DNA of 62,923 nucleotides, counting the filler, from Choristocarpus tenellus KU-1152 (taxonomy: Eukaryota; Protista; Phaeophyceae): assembly GCA_964200185.2 (NCBI GenBank). It is 10 parts of 10 records of this genome, joined end to end, with 100 filler letters (N's around TTAATTAATTAA, not from the genome) between each part and the next. Parts side by side here need not be neighbours in the genome. Positions count along the whole stretch, not along the records: positions 1 to 11,124 come from CAXNAD020002493.1; positions 11,225 to 17,527 come from CAXNAD020008432.1; 8 more parts are not named here. The stretch is one strand, 5' to 3'. Both the position numbers and the translations under genes were made by a program. The notes beneath the pieces were generated by a model that was given only the letters and a program-made list of their open reading frames with translations, made no database searches and was not told the DNA's origin. How positions within the stretch are numbered: the first letter of the stretch is position 1; each line of letters begins with the position of its first letter. Positions 1 to 13,156 of the stretch are shown here, in pieces.

Positions 1-816
1 AAAATATTTGGACAAACATCACCCTTCCTTTTAATCCCACCGGAGAGAGAATCCCCCCCCCCCCCCCCCACTCAACTAGAATACCAGAAAGTATCAAAAC
101 ACATTACAAGGAAAGGACGGGAGGTCTGGGATTTGACTTGACAGCTTGCCCACAATTATCATTCTTGGGTCACTGAAACCTTTGGTCACCAGAGGATGGC
201 TGCTCAGTGAGGCTAGTTCATCTGTCTGTTTCAATACGGTACTACTAGGTAGGGTGCACTGAAGCATGCTGCACATTGTAACAATCCATGGGAGGGGGGT
301 TGTTGAAGGCCGAGGGCATAGGCTGTAAAAATGGCACAAGGGGGGTACCAAGACCTTCCACCCTTCAACACGACCAGGTCTAGTTTTACCTTGGCAGACA
401 GCTCTTGTTAGAGAGGCAACGCTATACACAGAACAGCAGAAGCACCAACCAACAGAAAAAAAAATCTTACAAGAACACAAAAGAAAAAATCGATTCAAGC
501 AGCACATCTCGCAGCAGTATCCATCCTTCTTTGCCCACACTAATTAAGACCAAGCTTGAGAACACAATCCTCTCATATACTCTTCCCCAGCACTGCTTTA
601 GCTCCCCTTCACTATGGCGCACATAGTATGTACATATGTACATATATATATATATATATATGGAAGATCAAAATTAGTACTAGAAAGTATCACACCTTAA
701 ACAGATATACTACCAATGTATGCAAACATTGCTCTTGCTGTGGACCGCATGCGGTACCTACAGCATGACATTTTTTTTTTAATTCTTGCGATCCCTTCCT
801 TTGCCAAAAAACTCAC

Positions 817-3295
817 CCATCAAGTCGACCCAAAAGCTCCAACAGAACGTCATTATCTGGCATCCTCACTCCAATCTCACGTCGCTTCCAGGACTTTTTA
901 TGGTGCTTATGCTCCAGCAGCACCCTTGGCACCTACACAGAAGGGCAAGGGCATTCCAGTAGGAAAGGTTGGAGATGGGGGGCTGGGGGGGGGGTAGTGT
1001 AAAAGAGAACTTGATGTGCAAGTGTGGAGTGCTGACAAGAGCGACCTAGGTCTCTAGCCTAGCCCCCTTCCTCTGCTTGTCAAGACCGTTTCTTGTCAAG
1101 AGGTATAATGTCATTTTCTTGACTGACGATTGCAGAGATACACAAGGTGTATCAATCCATCCAAATGAATTGCTTTTGACATCTTGCCCTGCGACACTCC
1201 CCTTCCCCCCCTAAAAAAAAAACTACTGGCAAAGAACAAATAATGCATAAGATTTATCTTAATGTTTTGTGCGCAATGCAGTTTGAGGGATAGGGATATA
1301 TTTCTTCCATAGCAAACCAGAAAGTACACTATTTTGCTATTACTTCTAAGTACACATTGTTGTGGTGCATTCCAGTATCGTTATCACACAGGAGGAAATA
1401 TACTATGCGTCTGAAGTATCCACAACACAAGTACCTACGCAATGGAAAATTGCGCATCGATCTTGTTGTTCACTCTTTCCACCACAGTACTACTTCTGCA
1501 CTATGAACTTGATGATGGGACCTATGGGTCAAGATGTGGGCATCAACTCACCCACCTCGTGCGTAGCGGGGAGAATGAATGTGAACGGACCAGGCAAGGT
1601 GGCCTTGAATATCTTGAACAGGCCCTGCAGGTTGCCATGTGTATTGATTGATGATGATTTATTGGTGGTGGTGGAGTCGCACGGGGTATGGGTGTGTGTG
1701 TGGGGGGGGGGGGGGAGATTTGGGAAAGCTCCTGAAGTGGTCCATGCTTGCCACAGTTCCAACAAAATAAAAATGGCCTTGTGCAAAGAGTAGATGTGAC
1801 AATTTAACACTTGTTTCTGGTTGGTTGAATGTGTATGTTAACTCTTCTCTATTCTCTCTGCAATTCTTCCAAAGCCTCAATGTGTGAATGAATGCTGAAC
1901 TTGGAGGAAGATTGGGATCAACTCTTTCAACACATATCTCCCTTAGCATAATTGCTGACTTGAAAATGAATTTTGCCTTTGCACAAGGACGACACAAGTG
2001 AGCATACACACCTTGTTACATACTCTATGGAGAAAATCCAAGCACACAAACACAAACGACCCACCAAAACCAAATGACTTTACATACGAAAATTTCTCAG
2101 GCACAGACAAAGCTTTCCTAAGTCCAACATTCTGATGACAACACTCACCTTGTCGATGCCATAGGCGTACTTGCTGATGGTGGACAGATCTTTACAGAGC
2201 AAACTCAGTGGCTTCTTTTGTCCCTGCACGTTTTTCAGCTCAAATATCTGACCAGGCAACATAATTCAAACACCAGACAAAGGAATGAAGGGACGTACAG
2301 ACTGGTCTTGTGCACGCTAAGAAAGGTGTAGTTTGGTCAGAGAGCTGTACAACAGCCAGCAATATGGTGCCCTTCCCGCGAAGGACAACCTATATGCCCC
2401 TAGGAGTAACAATTTTCCACTGTAGGGCTCTGCATGTATTTTGCAAGAAATGATTTTTTCAATCTGGTCTTCATATTCTCTTGAGTGTACGCTACGTGCA
2501 CAATACCTTACCCAAGTACCTCCTTTCTTGAGCCCTTCTTTCGCAACCTTCGGCTGATACATGTGAACTCAAAAACGTGTGGGTGATGTATTCATATGCA
2601 CAGAAGTTACAGTGATCACCAGTGATAGTGTTCTAGCATCACTGTATTGGCGAATGATGATATCTACGTTCGGATGCCAGACCAAAAACCAGGATCGGGT
2701 AATTTGAGCAATATATTGCCCTCCAACCCTTCCCTACAGTACCTACTACGCTGATTTCTATATAAACTATTCTGGGATTAACTTACCCTTTCAACTCCTC
2801 TTCGGCTGTGAACATCACAAGCAAATGTGTAGCATGTGTCCGTCGGGATGATCCCAACTCCCCCCTTACGGAGAACCTCCGCCGCTTGCTCGAGTCTTGG
2901 ACGAAATGAAGTGTTTGGTAGGGGTAAGGCCGGCGGAATAGATTCCCTGGGTTAATAGCATCATTCTACCACACGCATTGCTTGCGCACGTCCTCCACAG
3001 AGCAAACAAATCGAGGGTCAAGATGACCGTATCAAATTTACCTCCAATACTCTCCAGAATGAGCGACCTCGATGTAGGGCCCCTTCTCAAGTGTACCACC
3101 TTGTCGTTTTCTCGAACTTCTCCTGTTCATAGCTATTTCAACTCTCCTCATCCTCCTAACGGCGCGTACATGCCATGCAGCAGAGGGAGTCACCGGCGTC
3201 ACCACCACTCTCTCTGAGACTGGTACCAGGAATGCTCTCGCTAGCAATGGCAGCACCAGCATCGAAATAGAAAGGATGAATATGAAGGTCCTCAT
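817..3295 (-). CDS. Sua5/YciO/YrdC (TsaC-like) domain protein, predicted plastid-targeted; 3' end not located, probably beyond the window start
   Basis: Five GT-AG exons with consistent phases: 3295-3042, 2895-2787, 2247-2149, 1624-1556, 932-817. They give MRTFIFILSISMLVLPLLARA-FLVP (signal peptide plus ASAFAP-like motif) ...WRLEQAAEVLRKGGVGIIPTDTCYTFACD...KKPLSLLC...LPGPFTFILPAT...KRREIGVRMPDN, which are the PTDTxY, KPL, PGPxT and IGVRxP motifs of the YrdC/YciO family. Confidence 0.88.
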
Positions 3296-3594
3296 GTTGT
3301 CTTCAAACTATCACGTCGTAGTTACCATGTACTACAGCCTATTGCGCAAGTACTGTATAGAGATGTGTCAAAACTCGGTAAATTGGAATGAAGTCAGCAT
3401 GTTTTGAGAGAGTAGTGTACTAACTACAATATAATGTCAACAACGCCAACCAATAAGCGATACAACCGAAACGCTCTTTTAATGAATTAGTGAATTTTGT
3501 GGGAAAGGACAGTTCCACGCTCTACACAGACCTTGATCTACAAGAACATTTGACAAGAGGCATGATGCGCCAAAGTGACTGAGCACTCGAGGTC
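3296..3594. promoter_or_regulatory. Putative bidirectional promoter between the YrdC-like gene and a plus-strand hypothetical gene
   Basis: About 300 bp separates the divergent ATGs at 3295(-) and 3595(+), inside a CpG-rich zone. The start of the plus-strand gene is uncertain. Confidence 0.3.
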
Positions 3595-5134
3595 ATGGAA
3601 AGGCGAGTTGGTCCAAATGGAGCGAATATCCAAGGAGACAACGATACTAGCCAACGTGAACCTTACATTGCCAACATAACACGACATTCGAAATCAGCAG
3701 CTGCTGCTCTCGAGGTCAAAAAGGAATATATAGGGAGGCGGAATGCGATAGCCGACCTCAGAAGGCCAGTAACATCTACCTAGCGAGGGGTATCTGATTA
3801 TCCCCCTCTTCCAGTTGGGTTAACCTGGTGCCTGCCTGGTGGCGTATTCAATGTTGGCGAGTGTGTAATCCTGTCATAGTTTGCAATACTGTCCATCCCT
3901 TATATAGCGTTGGGTCTCAACCCTCTCCTTTCCAGGTTCATAGGCAAGATGGGATCGTGATCTACACGGTGCTTTACCACTACTTCCCAGGTTGCAAAGC
4001 CAAGGGTCATCGAATTCTTCCAATGCAATCCGCAAAGGAGATGCACCCTATCCAGTAGCAGGTACTCTTCCGCATACTCTCATACTCTCAAACGTTGTTC
4101 TTTGGCCTTATTCATCTGTATTTACCAGGCTCTCAAGACACCCTAAAATTGGAAAGATGAGTACTAGCAATGGAGATACCAGAGTCCAGGTAGGAGGACG
4201 CCACCGTTCTCTCCTCGCAATGGATCGACCCCCCTTAAAATCAATACCCTCGACTTCGACATTGTCGAGAGATCAACAACCCTTGGGCGAGATATCATAT
4301 GCAACATTGCCAAGGTGAGAGACTTGGTATACGCGACTGCTGACTCCTTCTCACGCCACACACCATACCTGCTAGCTGTATCATTTTGTACAGATACGCT
4401 TCTAGGCGATACGGCAGATTTCTATATTGTTTATTTTTTAGGAGGGAAATGGGGGTGGCAAGCGTTGGATATTGATATTCGTATAAGATTATGCAGGTTA
4501 TCTTTGGTAGCTTTAACTATTTGTTTGGTGACTGCTGGTAATTCGTAGGAAACACCCTTGTCACTTCAAGCATTCCTTACTTTCTGCTGTAGAGTATTGA
4601 GTCCAGTCTTCTTGCTCATCTCTCGAGTTAGTTCGTAAAATTGAAGTATTCATATTTTGCCTAGGTACCTGGGGAGATCATTGGACTCTTAAACAAGAAA
4701 TATCCTCAGTACATACCCTGCAAAAGGCACCGGCACTGTTTACTAAAATACCTTTTAAGTCGTCACAACTATCTATCCTCTGCACCATTGTCATTGTAGC
4801 AGTGCTCCATCTCAAGTTGTTGAGTGGGGATGTGGCACGGACAGAGACCGTGCACCTAGAAACGTCTAGCACCCAGATACCTCTTATTTCGGTTTATGAA
4901 TATGTGGGATCGATTCTTTTCATTAGTCTTCACCTGCTGTAATGTACTTCAAACGTAGAATATTAAGGTGGGCAACCTTTGCCTAGTGGGGTCAATACCA
5001 GTGCCAACCTGGCATGCATGAAAGATGACTGGCCACAGGTGGCTACACAATAAATAATTGGAGAAAATATCAGAGCCACAGAGTTCTAGGGGGTGGAGTC
5101 AGCTGGGGCTCATTTGAGTAAAATGAGCATATAG

Positions 5135-8100
5135 AATCTTCTGCCTGACATCTCCACTCTCACGCCAGAGATGCAGTTAACCTCCGTTCAGGAGGCCGTG
5201 GGTTTCGAAGAAGAGACCAACGTTCTTTCACCCAAGATAGAAATTACCCACCAGAATGCCAGGTGCACATGTTCCAGAAGCAGTGGCACCCTTCTCTAGG
5301 GCGCTAGGGCTCATCAGCCATTGGGAGATATCAATATATTTTGAAGTATGTACAGGAGAAGTACTATTTATTGCCAAGTCCCGGATATGTTGTGGGACTT
5401 TTTTTCGGGTTTTCAGTGTTATCTTTCATATATAGGAACCAACTCAGAGTTGCAGAACCTGAGGACACCCACCGGACCCAAAGTATCTGTGGGAGGGGGG
5501 GGGTCTACACCAGGGTGTCCATTTGGCCCAAAACTAGGAAAAGTGCACTTACATTATCCATCTAACGTATGCAACCAAATCACCCAAAAATTGCGACATG
5601 GGAAAAATGGGCCCCAAATGGACACCTGCCCCCCCACCCCCGGATACTTCGAGCCACCTGGGACCTTTCGAATGTGAATGAAGTATTCTAAGGATTAGCA
5701 AGGGGATAGAACAACACTGTCATGTTGATAGTTGAACTCTGACCCAGGCAGCAACCTTTTCCCAACAACAGAGTCAAATCAAAGAGAATTGTATGGAGGA
5801 ATTGCTAGTAGTGTGCCCATGTTGTAAGGTGATGAACTTAACAATTTTTTACTGCACTGTAGATCATCCTGTGGGTGGTGCTCTTGGTATGACTCACTAC
5901 TGTAAAAAAAGAACACATGTGAGGAGATGTGAGATCTCCAGCCTCTGTCGGTGGACCACTAAATTCAACAAACGTGCAAAGAGCTTGCTCTTGGAATATA
6001 GGGTAAAGCACTACAACGGTGCCTTTCCCCAGGCAACCCAGCTTGTTGGTGATAGCTACAGCCCTGTCACAACACGTTTGTATGCCCATTACCCACCTCA
6101 TCTGCAGTAAAAGACCCAAGTCGATCTCCAACTGTAGTGCAGTTCTTAAACACGATATTCATACTTTGAACCAATTGTGTCAAAGAAAAAAATGATCAGG
6201 CAGACCCTTACAATCCCACCTTGTATCAAACCTCAAAAATTAGGAGAACTGCTGAAGCAGCGAGCCAGGATCAGTGGACTAACAGCATCAATGATAGTAG
6301 CTGGGATAGAGCTAGCAGCAATAGAGGGCTTTCAGGAGAAAGTGGTGGGACCGGAAAAATATTTGATGGTGGCAATAAGAATGGCGACTATGTGCTTGAG
6401 CAAGGAATGATACGTGGGCAAAGGGGGGGTGTTGGGAGGCCTGAAATACCAGCAGGAACTGACACTAGGGTTGCCGACACATGGACAGTGCCAGAGGAAA
6501 TGCTAGGACAGACTATCCGAGAGAAGTGGGAGATGGAATTGGGGATGCCTCTGCCACAGAGACTCAGGTATTGAGGCTGGAGCATAGAGAGGTATGGGAT
6601 ATATGGGAGGTATGACAAGTATGAGAGGTACAAAACGGAGCAAGGAGGTTGAGAAGTATTAATCTGGGGGCGAATCAGGATCCCACTTTGGAGTAGTTGT
6701 TGCCAAGTTGATGGATGATGCAGAGCTTGGGGTGATTGAATGGTCGAGGACAGCACTATGAAGCATTAACCCTCCCTTCACAGCAGAGGGACTTTGCAGG
6801 AGGTGTGCATGAAGGACATTAAGGACATTAATTTTGTTGGGTTCCACTTCTATGGACTATTCACCTGGCCAGATGCAGGGTCCAGTCCACGTGAAACGCA
6901 ACACAAATGCAGAAAATTGCTTTGTCACAATTTTTTGTACTTGGCACTTGGTACTTGATACTCAAATGCATGATGGCTTGAATTTTTTTTTATGTCTCCA
7001 CACTTGAATGATCTACCTTTACGGCAATCATGAAAGATTTGTGTTTTTTTACCTAACAGTACTCCGATTCTCATCCATATTCAAGAAAAGTGAGATATCT
7101 CAGAGGATGCGTGCTTCCAGAGCCTCATTCCCTCTCTCAGTTCCGTCGTGACCAAGCCCTCACCTACTGAAGTACTCAGTATCTATTGTTAACAGTCAGT
7201 ATCATTCACTCCCCCCACCTTTCCCCATCGCCCTTTACCATAATTCTCTATATATGGCAAAAAATAACGATTTGGTGTGCACACCTTTGATAGCTGTGGC
7301 TACTGCGGAAAGATGGTGCCATTCTCACGTCTGGACTACCACGAGTGCAGGTGATACTGGTATTAATATTTTGTTGTTGTTGCAAAGTATAATCGGATCT
7401 CACCAGTGACAGGTGCTCGGTATAACAATGAACTTGGCGTGTGGTCTTTAGTGTCGGTCACTGTCTGAGCTAGAAGTGTATTGATTTCAATGCTTCTTTT
7501 TTTTATTCACCTGCGTGTAGTGCACACGGCTTTACAGTCCCACACAGTGCGCACCTAAGGGTAGTTCATTTTTTTTGTTGATATTTTCCTGCTGTATCAG
7601 GTGAAATCGGTGAGGACCTTCATTGGGTAGGCCATCACCAAAGTACGAGAAATCAGACCTATAGCACCATAGAGGGGGGTCAGTCGTTCATTTGGGGCCT
7701 ATATGACTTTTTGATGATACTAAGGTATCAGTGGCAGCAAAAGGCTTATACACAAGGTCCTTCATGGCTTCTTCCATAGCCATGTCCTACCACTACCAAA
7801 AATTGGTCCCAATATGTTTCAGTGGTTACAGCGGTGCTGTCATTTTATGAGCATTTTTGATATAAAGATGAGATATATTGGACCTATATTATCTTAGAGG
7901 GGGGGGAGGGGTGTTTAGTCCAGGTTGTCCATTCGGAGGGTAGAGCTACGTCCATTTGGGGATCAAAATCCAATGTTGCGGTTTCGATGTAGTTTTGGCT
8001 ATTGTGTTTGTTAGGAAGTGCCAATATCCTTGTTCCGGACTCACCTTTTCATAACGTATACATTTCACCTACTCTGAAATATTTTGGAGTAGGAAAATGT

Positions 8101-10525
8101 CATAAAAACTCCAAAAGGAAAAAAAGAAAAAAGGGAAGCCAAGTCCAAAACGAACAAACAGGGCAAACCTTGTACCCTCTAAGATACTCTCACTCATTTG
8201 GTTCAGGCAGCGGGATGGAAAAGGAAGGTGCGTTTGGATGAAGAAAATTGCCCCCATATCTGAAGCGTTAACTTAGATGATGACATGAGAATCACTACAG
8301 GCTTACATAGGCCCTGAATGAATGCTAGAGCCCCCCTCTCTGTCTTTCTCCTGATACTTTGTTTCTTGTACGAGCTGGATAGTTACGTTCCTATGCTTCT
8401 TGACTTCTTTGGTATTACTTGCCCAAGTCGTATTTTGATATGGCAATAGCCAAACTAGAAAGAGATATACAAGAACAACGACTACATACCCAATTCGTAG
8501 CTTAGTTTGTTAGGATAATTACATCAGTTTGCCTCACCCACTTTCACAGACACCGATAGATATACAGATGCAGATGCAGATGTATATACCCAGACACCGA
8601 CACAGACACAGACACAGGCACACAACTACCAGAAAAAACGACGCTAGAGCTGTATCCTTTAGTCAGGCATTTTCCTTGTATATAGCGACCATACCCCCAA
8701 GTGAGACACATTCAAACTACAACCAGTGTTACACATTTTTCCTACCCCTTCACTGACATCATCCATTTACTTGCCCCTGTTCTTCACACAGGTGTCCTTC
8801 CCGAAACTTGAACCTCTTTGCCACACCCTGTGCGGCATGTGCCTGTCAGGGACCACGCTGCCGTTGCTGGGCTGTCAGGAATGGGCTATGGCAAGAGGAG
8901 AAGAGGAACCAAAGGAAGAAACCTCTATTCTCCTTGTTCCGCAACAAATCCAAACCTAACCAGCAGGGAATGTCGAGAAGGACGAAAGCACAGCAAGCAG
9001 ACAAGGATCATCCTCGTCGACCAGCAGCACTGAGAGAACCGAGGCAGTCAGAGATGGAACAGGAAGAAGAAACAGCCGAGCAGCAGTGGAGGAGGAAGAG
9101 GGATGATTGGCTCTTTGGCAGGTGTCCGTTGATTCTCCTAGCCGAAAAATTCTTTACCTGTGCCATGCATATGAATATATCCCTACCCGTCCATCCATTG
9201 TCTGGCCCTTCACCCTAGCTTTCACTGGTTGCCTCTTTCATTCGGTATGTACTCCTTCATCTAAGTTTGCAAACGCTCTTTCATTGGTTCCAAGTTCTAC
9301 TCTGTTACATGGACTACCCTATCGTGTACACTTATCCTTTGCTTGCAGTCCCAATCACATCATATCCCTCGTCCATACTACTCTTTACAGTGGTCCTTGT
9401 GTTTAGGAGCACAAGTTGACCTTGTCACACCTCCTATCTTCCTATTGTACGACCTAATTTTTCTGTTCAGCAGAATTTCCTGATTATTCTTGCTTTCGAG
9501 TGATTTGAAGATTGAGGGGGAGATATAGTGGAGACTTTGCACTAGGTCCTACCCTACTCTTGGTAACAGCTTAACTCTCATGAACAAGTTCTCCCCTGCT
9601 TACGTATCAGTTGAACCAATGCTTCGTTTTTCTGGTGTCGGACTTCTGGATGGTCACCTCTTGCAGTTACTCCTCCTTTTCCTCCTACAAACCATGGGAT
9701 GCTGTAATGTCGTCAGTGCCCCTTGTTTAACAACACATACAAGATTATTGACAGACTCAATAGCACACATCACCTCATCACATTCTTAACCAGATTTTCA
9801 ATTGACATAGTAAAATGTTGAACACAGTGAAAACTAAACGGCCCCAATGAATCCATTTTTCAGCACATTTCCTTCAAAAAGGTACATCCATTACTCGAGG
9901 ATTCACCATTGTTATGTAATGGGAAACCATACTGCAAATTATTGGACTTCAACTTGCGTCACCATCTCATTCCATACACATTGTGCCCATATTAAGGGAG
10001 GGTTAACTCAGCTATATTTGCGGTCTGACTCAGATATATCGCCTGCGGATTGAAGCAACATTCAAGGTGGAATACCTTGTCGGTTAGGAGATTTGTGTTT
10101 GTACTTTGCTTCTGTGACCCCTTAAGATTCTGTGTCCACAATTTGGTTTGGTGGTCTGGTCGTTGTCTTGTATGTTTTCATTGGTAGGGGGAGATTGTTG
10201 TAGAATAGTTGTATCCTACTGGCTCAATGTTATGCGTAGGTCATTCTATTGGTGTAAATGTTGCTTTTTTCTCCATGCATGTCCACTATACCTCAATATT
10301 CCCGCAAGCTCTAATATAAATAGGATATTTTTCCATTTCCTTATCAGCTGTCCTACCTCACCTTTCTTACTCTTTTCAAGGCTGCCCCCCTCTCCTGACA
10401 CTGATGGTCATGGGGAAAACGTCTCCAAGTCCTGTGAGGACGCTGTGGAGCAGGAAGGAAGCAATTATGTGATCAGTGGTGGAAGCGGGAACATCCCATC
10501 CTCGAGCTATGATGGAGGTGAAGAG
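5135..10525 (+). CDS. Hypothetical multi-exon protein (partial; may begin near 3595-4314)
   Basis: AG/GT-bounded open exons 5135-5262, 6244-6567, 8792-9121 and 10381-10525 all join in phase 2 without stops (...EKWEMELGMPLPQRLRCPSRNLNLFATPCAACACQGPRCRCWAV...EQQWRRKRDDWLFGRLPPSP...). No family recognised. Confidence 0.55.
5475..5655 (+). mobile_element. MITE family B (about 180 bp)
   Basis: Termini GACCCAAAGTATCT...GGATACTTCGAGCC, subterminal GTCCATTTGG/CCAAATGGAC inverted pair, homologous to 56575-56755. Confidence 0.8.
7881..8195 (+). mobile_element. MITE family A copy with a family-B-like left end (chimeric)
   Basis: Body matches the family A consensus and ends TACCCTCTAAGATACTCTCACTC; the first ~55 bp resemble family B. 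Confidence 0.8.
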
Positions 10526-11054
10526 GTGTGTGCGCATTTTATGTGAGTGTGTTGGGGGAGGAGTGAAGATGCTTGCCTCTGAAAGGGATATCCCCAACAT
10601 ATCTCCACTGAGGCTCACCTCATGTCAGAGTGGAAAAACTTCAGGAATATAGCCAATGTATATGTTGATGCAACCTGGAGGATACCAATGTGATGGAAAA
10701 ATCAGGTACAAGTCAATAACTATGATAAAACTACCCTCCTGATGTTCCCGCTTCAGTATGACAACTGAGAGAAGCTTTCCCCTACTGTATGCCTTGTGGA
10801 CAAGCACCTCAATTGATAACAATGACTTCAATTGATATTATGGATCACCCTGGTAAGATTTCTGAATTTTTCTCTGGTGCAACTCACTGCCTCTATCAAA
10901 CCATGGCATCACGTTGTAGCAACTTTGAAATTGCTTTGTGCATGCCAAGGAGTGCAGGAATTTGGATGAAGCCATCATTGTTGAGAGTGAAAAGGCAGGT
11001 TTATGCAAGTGCCTGAAGTGTGAATCCTGACTCATGGTGCCTTATGGCTTTAAT

Positions 11055-11123
11055 GACCCAAAGTATCTGGGGGGGGAGGGGGGGGAAGCTACACCAAGGT
11101 GTCCATTTGGCCCATAACCAAGA
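11055..11123 (+). mobile_element. MITE family B, truncated by contig end
   Basis: GACCCAAAGTATCTGGGGG...CTACACCAAGGTGTCCATTTGGCCC matches the 5475 copy. Confidence 0.75.
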
Positions 11124-11223
11124 ANNNNNNNNNNNNNNNNNNNNNNNNNNNNNNNNNNNNNNNNNNNNTTAATTAATTAANNNNNNNNNNNNNNNNNNNN
11201 NNNNNNNNNNNNNNNNNNNNNNN
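11124..11223. other. Artificial contig linker (N45-TTAATTAATTAA-N43); identical linkers at 17528-17627, 20424-20523, 36131-36230, 41364-41463, 43996-44095, 52633-52732, 55437-55536, 58814-58913
   Basis: Nine identical 100-bp spacers whose core places stop codons in all six frames. Confidence 0.98.
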
Positions 11224-11577
11224 NGGGGATAAGTATGCCAATATGGTGTTGACAGCTTCACCTCCGTCCTCCAACCAAGAGGATCTTGCTGATCGGATGG
11301 AAAGGTTAGAAGGGTTCATCGGCTCTTATTTTGGTGAATCTGATCGTTATTCCTTTTGACTGTCTTCTTTTGTGTTTGTCTTTCTAAATGTTTTAATTTG
11401 AGTTTGTCCCCCATGTCTTACGTATTTTGGTGCATACCCACAGTAGTCAAGTGACAGCTGTAGTTTTGTATGCAGACTGACTATAGTCAGGGAGAGGTTT
11501 TTCCTCGTTTTTGTGTGTATGGTATTTCAGTGATAAGTCAACTGTTTAGTACTACTTTTCCCAAAGATTCACTTTAG

Positions 11578-12141
11578 GCGTGACACTAGGGATTTTTCCA
11601 GGATCGTGGGAGACGCTTAATGTATTGCTAAGGACCCTGCCATTTCATGGATTGTGGGAGACACAATGGGACATCGCTAAGGACCCACAGTAGAAAACAC
11701 CCCAGGATGTGTTCGTAGAGATTGTGATAGGATAGGTAGGAAGTGACAGTTCCACCATAATACTTTGTTCTGAAGATTTGTAGTGGTGATGTACTAGGAA
11801 AGTTTCGTTGATTGTAGGAGACGCTGGATGTATTGCTAAGGACCTTGACATTTCATGGATTGTGGGAGACGCAATGGGACATCGCTAAGGACTTGCAGGA
11901 GAAAGTACCCCAAGATGTTTCCACTGGAGACTACAATAGGGAAGTAGATATGAGGTAGGATCTGTGTTCCGATATTCTGCAGTAGTGATGTACTAGGGAG
12001 GTTTCGTTGATTGTTGGAGACGCTGGATGTATATTGCTAAGGACCCTGCCATTTTACGGATTGTGGGAGACGCAATGGGACATCGCTAAGGACTTGCAGG
12101 AGAAAGTACCCCATAATGTTCCACAGGAGGCTGCAGTAGGA
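11578..12141. repeat. About 200-bp tandem repeat x3 with an internal ~47-bp sub-repeat
   Basis: GATTGTGGGAGACGC...GCTAAGGAC recurs six times in pairs; units start near 11578, 11786 and 11985. Confidence 0.85.
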
Positions 12142-13156
12142 TAAAGGTTTAGAATTGACAACTGAGTTCTTGTACCTACAGACCCAATGTCAACTTTGAC
12201 ATTAGGGTATATTTATTGCTTTGTTTTTGAGAGAGTTAGCAGAATTTTGTTTCTTTCTTCAAGTTTTCATAGAAGTAGATTCTAAGGGTGTATAGTGTCT
12301 GCGCAGCAAGGGAGAGTGTTCGTAGATAGTGCTGCTGATACACTATAGACACCACTGGTGGATTGTGTGTTAGGGTAGAGAGCCAGTGACATATATATAT
12401 ACTGGCTCATAGTGTTGATTGGTTTTATATCATGTTCAAAGATACACTTCCTATAGTTAAGATAAGTAAATATGTAATTCATAGTAAAGTAGTGTGGACG
12501 ATTACAAACCCCACACTATAGAGTAATGATAGTAGTTAAGACTAGAGTCTCACCCACGAGCTCAGTCAGCGGAATCGAGACCACAAAGCCTGATGTGTAA
12601 TACTATTGCTCATCTACACCAAGCTGTTCTTTGTCCTTCATTAAAGCACCATAAAAGCCGCGGGTCCAGTGTGGGATAGTTCAACAGTCCTTTGTCGTAA
12701 GAGTTTTTGGTCTTGGGTTCACACAACCGGGACACATCTACCTAATATTAGTAAGATATTGTGTATCCCATTCATACATCAAGAGTATTTCTTCAACTAC
12801 ATAGATTACAGTTCGTGGGTGGTTGATCTTCTGTATTGTGACCACCCCAGAAACAAGCGTGTAACGCCAATAGAACTCCATACAGTCACTCGTGGTGGAG
12901 AGGAATGGTAGAGGGTGGTGGGCGGAAGTACCACACGTATCCATACTATGGTGCGAAGCTGTGAAAATAAAACTGCAATAGAGCTAGAAGTTTGGAGGTC
13001 GCCAGAATCACAAGAATATGCTGTAGAGGTACCTGCTTGAGTACGGCGAATATCGCCTGAACGTGGCAGTCCTGCAAAGTTTTAAATCGCTATATCAGGA
13101 TGAAATTTGAAAGATGTTGATGGCCTGAAGAATCGAAGATCGTTCAATATAGGAGG

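Noticed and set aside
10625-11040. Traces of non-LTR reverse transcriptase motifs on the minus strand; similar LINE-like traces at 16080-16430 and 48046-48780
   Set aside because: Too degenerate to support without a profile search.
11578-12141. Repeat-spacer (CRISPR-like) reading of the 200-bp array
   Set aside because: Repeats are too long and the variable parts are still homologous to each other.
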